Shown: positions 45,752 to 53,625 of the stretch, piece after piece
Layout of the letters: the number at the start of each line of letters is the position of its first letter
Position numbering within the stretch: the first letter of the stretch is position 1
NCBI GenBank assembly: GCA_964528645.1
Contig: CAZGSR010000005.1
Coordinates: 2,719 to 66,718, forward strand
Length of the DNA: 64,000 nucleotides
Direction: 5' to 3'
Origin: an uncultured Mageeibacillus sp.
GTDB lineage: Bacteria > Bacillota > Clostridia > Saccharofermentanales > UBA5734
The notes under the pieces: generated by a model
The model's database searches: none
What the model was told of the DNA's origin: nothing
Seen by the model: the letters and a program-made list of their open reading frames with translations, nothing else
Made by a program: the position numbers and the translations under genes

Positions 45752-46497
45752 AAGAGAAGATCTATACCATCCCCGTTCACGACGCTTACAACCAAGCGAC
45801 AACCTGCCCTCTGTGCACCTTGGAGAAAACTCTGACCGACGAACTGGTCGCCTATTATCTCGGCCCGGCCCTGATGGAACCGGATGTCCGCGTTGTCACC
45901 AATGACCGTGGCTTCTGCCGCGATCACTGGCGTGGTCTCTATGACAGCGAAGCCAATCGTCTCGGCTTGGGCCTGCTGTTGCACACACATGTTAGTGACG
46001 TCACCGATGATTTGCACAAATCCCTGGGGAAAGCCATTCCCGCCCCCCAGAAAGGCCTTTTTTCCGGCAAACAGAAGGACTATAAGGAAAAGATTCTCGA
46101 GTTAGCCGAGGCCATCGAACAGCGCGTCCAGTCCTGCGCCATCTGCGACCGCCTCGACCAGACCATGGGCCATTACCTTGATGTGATCTTCTACGAATAT
46201 TTTCACGAGCCCGAATTCCGTCAGCAATTTGACGCCGGCCATGGCTATTGCCTGCCACACCTTGCGTTGCTCCTGCGCGGCGCTGCCCGTTTCCTGGGTC
46301 AGAACCAGGCTGCCGAATTCATCACCAACCTCACAACCCAGCAGCATCAGTCTCTGTCAGCACTGCGCGACGATGTGGAATGGTTCACCCTCAAATTCGA
46401 CTACCGCAATGCCAAGGCTGACTGGAAAAACAGCAAGGATGCTCTGCCCAGGGCGATCCGCCAATTGAATGGCCGTACCGACCTGAAAAATCAGTGA
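45748..46497 (+). CDS. conserved hypothetical Cys/His-rich protein (DUF6062-like by recollection) with an internally duplicated CxxC...CxxH module
   Basis: GTG start inside a GTGA overlap with the upstream stop. SD AGGAGG. The first module is C20xxC23 ... C57xxH60 and the second is C130xxC133 ... C168xxH171. Confidence 0.55.
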   Translation: MKEKIYTIPVHDAYNQATTCPLCTLEKTLTDELVAYYLGPALMEPDVRVVTNDRGFCRDHWRGLYDSEANRLGLGLLLHTHVSDVTDDLHKSLGKAIPAPQKGLFSGKQKDYKEKILELAEAIEQRVQSCAICDRLDQTMGHYLDVIFYEYFHEPEFRQQFDAGHGYCLPHLALLLRGAARFLGQNQAAEFITNLTTQQHQSLSALRDDVEWFTLKFDYRNAKADWKNSKDALPRAIRQLNGRTDLKNQ

Positions 46498-46536
46498 CCT
46501 GGACTTAACCCGCAACCTTTCATAAATAGCATTGTC

Positions 46537-47025
46537 ATGGAAAGAAGGGATCGCTTGAAAAAGAAGAACCTGGAAGCAAAGTTTGGCCAGCCAGAAAATG
46601 GCCAAACCACCGTGACCCAGCCAACCGTCACAACTGGACCGATCAAATTACCCCAATCCTTGCAGATTTTCAGCGACAATCCTGCCGAACCCGTCACCAT
46701 CGTCCTTGGGTCCGACCGCCTGGGTGAAGGAGATCCCGCCCTGGGCCTGGATTTGCTCAAGTTATTTCTCATGGCCCTCGATGAACAGCCCAAACCACCC
46801 GAAGCGTTGATCTTGTATAATTCGGCCGTGCTTTTGACACAGCAGGATTCGCCCGCTTTCAAGATCCTCCAGGATCTGCAGAAGAAACGCACGGAAATCC
46901 TGGTCTGTTCGATGAGCCTGCAGCATTATTGCCCGAATGAGCCTCTGCATGTCGGCGAGATCCGCACCATGGCCATGCTGGTCGAACGCATGATGACCGC
47001 TCACCACATTCTCTGGCCCAAATAG
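46537..47025 (+). CDS. DsrE-like domain protein resembling the C-terminal half of selenium-metabolism protein YedF (no TusA/SirA domain)
   Basis: VTIVLGSDRLGEGDPALGLDLLKLFLMAL...PEALILYNSAVLL ... EILVCSMSL ... VGEIRTM matches the remembered YedF DsrE-like pattern. No SD is visible. Confidence 0.55.
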   Translation: MERRDRLKKKNLEAKFGQPENGQTTVTQPTVTTGPIKLPQSLQIFSDNPAEPVTIVLGSDRLGEGDPALGLDLLKLFLMALDEQPKPPEALILYNSAVLLTQQDSPAFKILQDLQKKRTEILVCSMSLQHYCPNEPLHVGEIRTMAMLVERMMTAHHILWPK

Positions 47026-47100
47026 GCAGATTCAACAAAAAGACTCCATTCATACAGGCGAATTATCAAGAGCATGAAGAAAATTTTTTCTTGAATCTGC
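47026..47100. repeat. 16-nt imperfect inverted repeat flanking 43 nt and abutting the ppa -10 box
   Basis: GCAGATTCAACAAAAA (47026-47041) pairs with TTTTTCTTGAATCTGC (47085-47100) with one C/C mismatch. TGcTATACT follows at 47098-47106. Confidence 0.55.
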
Positions 47101-47148
47101 TATACTGATCAAGAGCAAAGAGAGATAAACAAGAGGAGAAAACAAACC

Positions 47149-47685
47149 ATGAATATCTGGCATGATATTTCCGATTCCCGGATCAAACCCGAGAAATTCA
47201 TCGCCGTTATCGAGATTCCCAAGGGCGGCAAGCAGAAATACGAGATGGACAAAGCTACCGGCATGCTCAAGCTCGACCGCATCCTGTACACCTCGACCCA
47301 CTACCCTGCCAACTACGGCTTCATCCCGCGCACCCTGGCTGATGACGGAGATCCGCTCGACGTCCTCGTGCTCTGCACCGAGCAGCTCCAACCCATGTGC
47401 CTCGTCGAATGCTACCCGATTGGTGTCTTCTCCATGACAGATGACAACGAACTCGACGAAAAAATCATCGCCATCCCCTTCGAAGAACCCCAGATGAACC
47501 AATGGAAAGACATCACAGACCTGCCCAAACACGTCTTCTCCGAAATCCAGCACTTCTTCTCGGTCTACAAATCCCTTGAGCACACGGACACCAGCCTCCA
47601 GGAAGTCGAAGACCGCGCCAAAGCCGTCGAAATCATCGACAAATGCCTCAAAACCTACAAAGTCCACTTTCGCATCCACGACTAA
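47149..47685 (+). CDS. ppa: inorganic diphosphatase (family I)
   Basis: IEIPKGGKQKYEMDK, YPANYGFIPRTLADDGDPLDVLVL and DDNELDEKIIAIP motifs. Confidence 0.93.
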   Translation: MNIWHDISDSRIKPEKFIAVIEIPKGGKQKYEMDKATGMLKLDRILYTSTHYPANYGFIPRTLADDGDPLDVLVLCTEQLQPMCLVECYPIGVFSMTDDNELDEKIIAIPFEEPQMNQWKDITDLPKHVFSEIQHFFSVYKSLEHTDTSLQEVEDRAKAVEIIDKCLKTYKVHFRIHD

Positions 47686-47688
47686 AAC

Positions 47689-48360
47689 TTATCCCAGTGT
47701 TGCCCGCCCGTCGCCTGTGATTGGAATCGTCTCACCCAGATACGTCGGCTTGGCCTTGAACAGGCAATCGAGGAATGCCTTGACCCTGGCCAGGTATTCA
47801 CGCAACCGGTAGTAGTCCGCTCCGGAGTACGCGCGTGGATCACTGGCCACACCATAGACATCCAAGCCCAGCTCCTGGCCAATGTACAAGGCTCGCAGCA
47901 GATGAAATTCCTGCGTCACCACCACCGCCTTCTCTACCAGGAAAATGTCCCGTGCCCGGTACATCGTGTCATACGTGTCAAAGCCAGCATGATCGAGAAA
48001 AATCGCCTCGATGGGCACGCCCTGCTCCAGCAGGTAGTTGCGCATCACAATGACCTCGTTATAATCGAGCTGGCCATTGTCGCCTGAAACCAGGATCCGG
48101 TCGGTCTTGCCACTGTTATAATAGAGGAGCGCCCTATCGAGACGGTCCTGCAGCATCTGACTTGGTGTTCCATTGGCAAAAACTTGTGCTCCAGGCACGA
48201 TCACACAGTCCGCTGCGGGTGCATCCTCCAGTGTGACCAGTCGATCCTGGCCGACAGATGCAACCTGTGCATCGATCACCAGTACCACCACAACCAGGAT
48301 TATGGCCAGAGCCAGGATGATCAATACTGCTCGAATCAGAAAATGAATCATTTTTTTCAT
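47689..48360 (-). CDS. SanA/YdcF (DUF218) family membrane-anchored protein
   Basis: N-terminal TM segment. DCVIVPGAQVFANGTPSQMLQDRLDRALLYYNSGKTDRILVSGDNG ... FLDHAGFDTYDTMYRA. Confidence 0.8.
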   Translation of the reverse strand: MKKMIHFLIRAVLIILALAIILVVVVLVIDAQVASVGQDRLVTLEDAPAADCVIVPGAQVFANGTPSQMLQDRLDRALLYYNSGKTDRILVSGDNGQLDYNEVIVMRNYLLEQGVPIEAIFLDHAGFDTYDTMYRARDIFLVEKAVVVTQEFHLLRALYIGQELGLDVYGVASDPRAYSGADYYRLREYLARVKAFLDCLFKAKPTYLGETIPITGDGRATLG

Positions 48361-48401
48361 GGGACTATTATATCAGCTTCAGGAAGCCCATCGCGGCCCA
48401 T

Positions 48402-48430
48402 TTGACATTTATGATCATCGATGATAATAT
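48402..48430 (+). promoter_or_regulatory. putative promoter of tRNA-Ser (TTGACA-17-TAATAT)
   Basis: TTGACA at 48402-48407, a 17-nt spacer, then TAATAT at 48425-48430. Confidence 0.55.
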
Positions 48431-48468
48431 TTGCGATGCGTGTCACTAAACCGCACCGCTTGTAGCCT

Positions 48469-48559
48469 GGAGAGATGGCTGAGCTGGTCTAAGGCGCATG
48501 ACTGGAAATCATGTGTTGGCTAACCCCAACCGAGAGTTCGAATCTCTCTCTCTCCGCCA
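48469..48559 (+). tRNA. tRNA-Ser (anticodon GGA), CCA-encoded, long variable arm
   Basis: Hand-folded cloverleaf. Acceptor GGAGAGA/TCTCTCC. Anticodon stem CATGA/TCATG with loop CTGGAAA. Variable arm TGTTGGCTAACCCCAACC. T-arm GAGAG-TTCGAAT-CTCTC. Discriminator G followed by CCA. Confidence 0.9.
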
Positions 48560-50307
48560 GCAACAGCACAATTTGATGGTTGTGCAAGTGAAAACACCGT
48601 AGTATCCCGCTCTGCAAGATGAGGGTATTGCGGTGTTTTTGCGTTCCTTCGCCCGCGATTGGCTGCGGCCGGCGTTGGAATTTGCTCTAGATCCTTCTGT
48701 AGCATCGCTAATGCCGATGCTCTTCTAGGGAGTCTACGCTTGACCGCCTCTGTGTCGACCTCATGCTTGAGCGGTTCGAGTGAAAAGCCGAAGTTGTAGT
48801 AGATATGCACGCGGTCTGGAAAAACCACTACTTCATGGATGAAACGTTCGACCAGTTTACGGGTCGAAACCAACTGACCGCTGATGAACAGCTCCCGGGC
48901 ATAGTTGAACGCCTTGGTCAGTTCGATTTCACTAACATTTCTCGAATTCAGTTCAGTTTCCAGTCGGTTCAGCGCAAAATGCAGCTCAGTCTTCTTGGCT
49001 TCCAGTGAATTGAGCTCAGCCGCGACTGCTTCGGAAGCGGATTTGGCGATGAAGCTGATCAGGTTGGCGATTTCTTTATCGACATCCTTGAGCTGCTTCC
49101 TGCAGGTTTCAATCTCAGCAAGTTTGTACGAGTCCCGGCTGAGCAGGTATTTCCGATAGGCGTCATTGAGCTTGGGGATCAGTTCTGGATCGAAGACTTT
49201 CTGAGCCAGATTGTCGAAGACGATCGATTCCAGAATCTCCCGCCGGACTTCCCGATTCTTGCAGTTGGCCTTTTTGTTGAATCGGCAGCAGCGGTAGGAG
49301 ATGTACAGGGGATTGTGCGGGTCCGGTCGACGACTGTTGCCTGTGTAGGAACTGCCGCAGACCCCGCAAATGATCTTGCCTGACAAGAAATAGTTTTGCT
49401 TGCCTCGATTCAAGAAGGTTTTAAATTTGCGCCGCTTCAGAAGTTCTTGCACCAGGTCAAAGTCTTCCTGGCTGACGATCGCTGGCATCGCACCTTCGAG
49501 CCGGATGATTTCCGATTCGTCTTTGTACTTGTGGCCATTGCGTTTGCCATCGACATCCTTGGCCGAAGATTTGTTGTAGATATAGGTGCCCGTGTATTTC
49601 TGGTTGCGCAAGATGCTGCCCAGTGAATTCGGGGCGAAACGCGTACCCAGTTTGCTTTTAAAGCCCAGCCGGTTAAGCTCGTCACTGATTTCCTTATAGG
49701 CAAAGCCTTCGAGAGTTCGCTTGAAAATCAGGCGAATGCATTCGGCTTCATGGGGATTGATGACCAGCTTCATGGTCGCGCGATCCAGATCGTAACCGAG
49801 CGGTGGGATGCCACCGACATGCTTGCCCTTCAGGGCGTTTTCTTTCTTGCCCTTTTCGACTTCGCGCGCCAGGTTGCGGCTGTAGTACTCTGCCATGGCT
49901 TCGAGCACCGACTCCAAGATAATGCTTTCTGGACTGCCCTCATCGATGTATTCCAGGGCGCTGATCAGGGCGACGCCATGTCGTTTGAGCTGCATGCGGT
50001 AGGCGATGCTGTCGTTGCGGTTGCGAGAAAAACGGTCCAACTTGTGAACCAGGACCACATCGAACTGGTTCTTAGCAGCATCGGCGATCATCTGCTGAAA
50101 TTCCGGCCGATTATCAGTCGTCGCTGACTTGGCCTTATCGATGTAGTTGCCAACCACCACGATGTTATTGCGCTTGGCGTACTCTTCGATCGCCCGGATT
50201 TGGGCGTCGATGCTTTCATCGCGTTGCATTTCCGATGAAAAGCGTGCGTAGATCACGCCGCGGACGACTTGCTTCTTTTGGCGGATTCGTTCCAAGGTTA
50301 TCGTCAT
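48520..50307 (-). CDS. large serine recombinase (resolvase/invertase catalytic domain, recombinase domain, zinc ribbon and coiled coil)
   Basis: VIYARFSSEMQRDESIDAQ (catalytic Ser region), VLVHKLDRFSRN and the zinc ribbon CGVCGS...CCRFNKKANC. The last ~85 codons look non-conserved and run through a terminator hairpin into the tRNA-Ser 3' end. Confidence 0.85.
   Translation of the reverse strand: MTITLERIRQKKQVVRGVIYARFSSEMQRDESIDAQIRAIEEYAKRNNIVVVGNYIDKAKSATTDNRPEFQQMIADAAKNQFDVVLVHKLDRFSRNRNDSIAYRMQLKRHGVALISALEYIDEGSPESIILESVLEAMAEYYSRNLAREVEKGKKENALKGKHVGGIPPLGYDLDRATMKLVINPHEAECIRLIFKRTLEGFAYKEISDELNRLGFKSKLGTRFAPNSLGSILRNQKYTGTYIYNKSSAKDVDGKRNGHKYKDESEIIRLEGAMPAIVSQEDFDLVQELLKRRKFKTFLNRGKQNYFLSGKIICGVCGSSYTGNSRRPDPHNPLYISYRCCRFNKKANCKNREVRREILESIVFDNLAQKVFDPELIPKLNDAYRKYLLSRDSYKLAEIETCRKQLKDVDKEIANLISFIAKSASEAVAAELNSLEAKKTELHFALNRLETELNSRNVSEIELTKAFNYARELFISGQLVSTRKLVERFIHEVVVFPDRVHIYYNFGFSLEPLKHEVDTEAVKRRLPRRASALAMLQKDLEQIPTPAAANRGRRNAKTPQYPHLAERDTTVFSLAQPSNCAVAGGEREIRTLGWG
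48591..48640. terminator. long A/T-flanked hairpin downstream of tRNA-Ser (bidirectional terminator candidate)
   Basis: AAAACACCG pairs with CGGTGTTTT, and the stem extends inward through eight further pairs, five Watson-Crick and three G-T. It lies inside the 3' tail of the recombinase ORF. Confidence 0.6.
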
Positions 50308-50398
50308 TGATTTTCTTTACCTCGATCTCGAAGTTTGCACCCGCTGCCAGGGAACCGACGATACGCTTGACCAGGCGGTCGCAGACGTATCCCAGATT

Positions 50399-50782
50399 TT
50401 GCAATCGGCCGGAATCGAAGTCGTGATCAACAAGGTCAATGTCAACACTGAGGAATTGGCCATCCAGTACGAATTTGTCAGTTCACCGACCATCCGGATC
50501 GATGGCCACGACATCGCGGTCGAGGTCAAGGAAAACCCGTGTGATTCCTGCGGCGATCTGTGCGGAGACAGTGTCGACTGCCGGATCTGGACCTGGCAGG
50601 GCGTTGACTACACGCAGCCACCCAAGGCCATGATCATTGATGCAATCCTCAAAGCTGTGTATGGAAACCCAGCCACTACCGGGTCAGAAGTACAAGCGGC
50701 TTATGTCCTGCCGGACAATTTGAAAAAGTTCTATGAAGCCATGCAGAAAAAGGAAATCCCCGCCACATCTTGCTGCTCATGA
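50399..50782 (+). CDS. DUF2703-like (ars-operon-associated, thioredoxin-fold) protein, apparently 5'-truncated
   Basis: SPTIRIDGHDIAV ... CDSCGDLCGDSVDCRIW. The conserved CxxC-containing N-terminus (YLDLEVCTRCQGT) continues in frame upstream to 50252, but no ATG, GTG or TTG occurs there. Confidence 0.5.
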   Translation: MQSAGIEVVINKVNVNTEELAIQYEFVSSPTIRIDGHDIAVEVKENPCDSCGDLCGDSVDCRIWTWQGVDYTQPPKAMIIDAILKAVYGNPATTGSEVQAAYVLPDNLKKFYEAMQKKEIPATSCCS

Positions 50783-50810
50783 GTAAAATCAGAGAGACGA
50801 GGAGACACAC

Positions 50811-51881
50811 ATGAATAAACCCGCCAAAGCACCCACCGGTATCAGCTTTTTTGAAAAGTATCTGACGATCTGGGTCGCCCTTTGCATGGTCGCAGGCATC
50901 CTGATCGGCCGTTTCCTGCCAGCCATCCCCCAATTTCTTGGCCGCTTTGAATATGCCCAGGTTTCGATTCCGATTGCGATCCTGATCTGGCTGATGATCT
51001 ACCCGATGATGATGAAGGTCGACTTTGCCAGCATCAAATACATCGGTAAGAATCCCAAAGGTCTCTATGTGACCTGGGTGACCAACTGGCTGATCAAGCC
51101 GTTCACGATGTACGGGATCGCCTGGCTGTTTTTCTATGTCATTTTCAAACAGCTGATCCCAGCTGATCTGGCGCGAGACTATCTGGCAGGTGCGATCTTA
51201 CTCGGCGCGGCACCGTGCACGGCGATGGTCTTTGTCTGGAGCTACCTGACCAAAGGCAATGCGGCCTACACCGTCGTCCAGGTTGCGACCAATGACCTGA
51301 TCATCCTGATCGCGTTCACCCCGATTGTCGCCCTGCTGCTGGGTATCGGCGGCATCACGATCCCGTGGGCCACCCTGATCCTTTCCGTGGTGCTGTTTGT
51401 CGTCATCCCGCTGACCGCTGGTGTCCTGACCCGGGTTCATGTCATCAAGACCAAGGGGATCGAATATTTCAACCAGTCCTTCATCCCCAAGTTCAATGAC
51501 GTGACCATCGGCGGCTTGCTCCTGACCCTGATCATCATTTTCTCCTTCCAGGGCGATGTCATCCTCAACAACCCTCTGCACTTCCTTCTGATCGCCATTC
51601 CCCTGACGATCCAGACCTTCCTGATCTTCTTCATTGCCTATTTGACCAGCAAAGGTCTCAAACTGGACCATTCGATCGCAGCGCCAGCTGGCATGATTGG
51701 CGCCTCCAATTTCTTCGAACTGGCGGTCGCGGTCGCGATCGCACTCTTTGGCCCGACATCACCGGTTGCCCTGGCGACAATTGTCGGCGTTCTGGTCGAA
51801 GTCCCCGTCATGTTGACCCTGGTCAAGATCGCCAACAAAACGCCCCATTGGTTCCCCCGGGCAAAGGAGCTTGAAGCATGA
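50811..51881 (+). CDS. acr3: ACR3 family arsenite efflux transporter
   Basis: ISFFEKYLTIWVALCMVAGILIG ... IAILIWLMIYPMMMKVDF ... GAAPCTAMVFVWS. SD GAGGAG. Confidence 0.9.
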   Translation: MNKPAKAPTGISFFEKYLTIWVALCMVAGILIGRFLPAIPQFLGRFEYAQVSIPIAILIWLMIYPMMMKVDFASIKYIGKNPKGLYVTWVTNWLIKPFTMYGIAWLFFYVIFKQLIPADLARDYLAGAILLGAAPCTAMVFVWSYLTKGNAAYTVVQVATNDLIILIAFTPIVALLLGIGGITIPWATLILSVVLFVVIPLTAGVLTRVHVIKTKGIEYFNQSFIPKFNDVTIGGLLLTLIIIFSFQGDVILNNPLHFLLIAIPLTIQTFLIFFIAYLTSKGLKLDHSIAAPAGMIGASNFFELAVAVAIALFGPTSPVALATIVGVLVEVPVMLTLVKIANKTPHWFPRAKELEA

Positions 51882-53548
51882 GTAGATTGAATGAGTCCAA
51901 ACGGATTGTGATCATCGGTGCAGTGGCTGCCGGAACCTCTGCAGCAGCCAAGGCCCGGCGCAACGACGAAACCGCTGAGATTGTGATCTATGAAATGGAT
52001 GAGCACATTTCATACTCCGGCTGCGGCCTGCCCTACTACATCGGTGGCAAAGTCGCCAAGCTCGAAGAACTGACACCGCGCGATCCGAAATTTTTCCGCG
52101 ACAAGTACGAGGTGGAGATCCTGATTCGGCACAAGGTCCTTTCCGTAAATCCTGCAACCAAGACCCTGGTGGTTGAAAATCTTGTCACAGGTGAGACCTT
52201 CACGGACTGCTATGATGTCCTGATCCTGTCCACCGGAGCGACCTCGATTGTGCCGCCGATCCCCGGGGTTGATTTGGCGCATGTCTTCACCCTCAGAAAT
52301 CCGCTTTCTGCCCGCGCGATCCGAACCTACATCGAGGAACATCAGCCCAAAACCGCAGTTGTCGTCGGCAGTGGGTTCATTGGCCTCGAGATGGTCGAAA
52401 ACCTGGTCGACGCTGGTATCCTGGTGACCGTGGTGGAAAAGTTGCCCCAGGTCTGTCCCTTTGTTGATCCGGACCTGGCCCCCTATGTCGAAGAGACCTT
52501 GGTCAAGAAACAGGTCACGGTCCTGACGGGTGTGGCTGCGACCGAAATCTGGCCTGGATCGGTCAATCTCGACGATGGTTCGACGGTCGATGCCGACCTG
52601 GTGATCCTGGCGGTCGGAGTCCGGCCGAACACGGCTCTCGCCCAGGCGATGGGGGTGGCCCTGGGTCAGACCAGGGCGATTGCCGTCAACACCCGGATGC
52701 AGACCAATATCCCGGATGTCTATGCTTGTGGTGATTGCACTGAGAGTTTCTCGATCGTCGATGGCCGGCCGATTTACCGTCCACTCGGTTCCACAGCCAA
52801 CAAAATGGGCCGAATTGCCGGTGATGCCATCACCGGTGGCAGCCTCGAGTTCCGCGGCATCGCGGGGACAGGCATTTTCAAGCTCTTCGACCGGACGATT
52901 GCCGCCAGTGGCCTCAATGAAAAACAGGCCCGCGACAGTGGTTACGACATTGTGATCAGCCATAACATCAAGCCCGACAAGCCGGAGTATTACGGCGGCA
53001 AGGAAATGGTGATCAAAGCCATTGCCGACCGCAAGACTGAGAAATTACTCGGGGTTCAGATTGTCGGCTACGAGGGTGTCGACAAGCGCATGGATGTCTT
53101 TGTCACCGCCATGACCGCCGGTCTGGGTGTATCCGACCTGTTCCATCTCGATCTGGCCTATGCGCCGCCGTTTGCCACCACCAAGGACCCGGTCCTCTAC
53201 ACCGGCATGATCCTCGATAACGCCCTGCATCGCGGCCGCGACATCATCACAGCCGATGACCTGATGGCCACCGCCCCGGATGATATCCAAGTCGTCGATG
53301 CACGAGTTGCCAAACAGTACCAGGAACACCATGTCGACCATGCAGTCAGCATGCCGCACAGCAGCTTGCGGGAGCAAATGGCAGCCCTGGATAAAAACAA
53401 GCCCGTGGTCACCTACTGCAACAAAGGCACCACCGGCAATGCTGCCCAGAACATCCTCATAAACCACGGCTTCCGCAAAGTCTACAACCTCTCCGGAGGC
53501 CACAAACAATACAAAGCCTGCAAGAAATGCCACGAGAAAAAGCAATAA
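51878..53548 (+). CDS. CoA-disulfide reductase-like pyridine nucleotide-disulfide oxidoreductase with C-terminal rhodanese domain
   Basis: IVIIGAVAAGTSAAAKA, active-site SGCGLPYYIGG and GDCTE motifs. The rhodanese segment is VVDARVAKQYQEHHVDHAVSMP ... VVTYCNKGTTGN. ATGA overlap with acr3. Confidence 0.85.
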   Translation: MSRLNESKRIVIIGAVAAGTSAAAKARRNDETAEIVIYEMDEHISYSGCGLPYYIGGKVAKLEELTPRDPKFFRDKYEVEILIRHKVLSVNPATKTLVVENLVTGETFTDCYDVLILSTGATSIVPPIPGVDLAHVFTLRNPLSARAIRTYIEEHQPKTAVVVGSGFIGLEMVENLVDAGILVTVVEKLPQVCPFVDPDLAPYVEETLVKKQVTVLTGVAATEIWPGSVNLDDGSTVDADLVILAVGVRPNTALAQAMGVALGQTRAIAVNTRMQTNIPDVYACGDCTESFSIVDGRPIYRPLGSTANKMGRIAGDAITGGSLEFRGIAGTGIFKLFDRTIAASGLNEKQARDSGYDIVISHNIKPDKPEYYGGKEMVIKAIADRKTEKLLGVQIVGYEGVDKRMDVFVTAMTAGLGVSDLFHLDLAYAPPFATTKDPVLYTGMILDNALHRGRDIITADDLMATAPDDIQVVDARVAKQYQEHHVDHAVSMPHSSLREQMAALDKNKPVVTYCNKGTTGNAAQNILINHGFRKVYNLSGGHKQYKACKKCHEKKQ

Positions 53549-53549
53549 T

Positions 53550-53580
53550 GCCGAAAAACGGACCGGGTCCCTTTTTCGGC
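53550..53580. other. 31-nt hairpin between the oxidoreductase and the thioredoxin-like gene
   Basis: GCCGAAAAAcGGACc-gg-GTCCcTTTTTCGGC forms 9+4 bp with one mismatch. No trailing U-tract. Confidence 0.35.
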
Positions 53581-53625
53581 ACATCGCTGGAAACCCTTGC
53601 CACCAAATCAAAGAGGAGTAAACAA

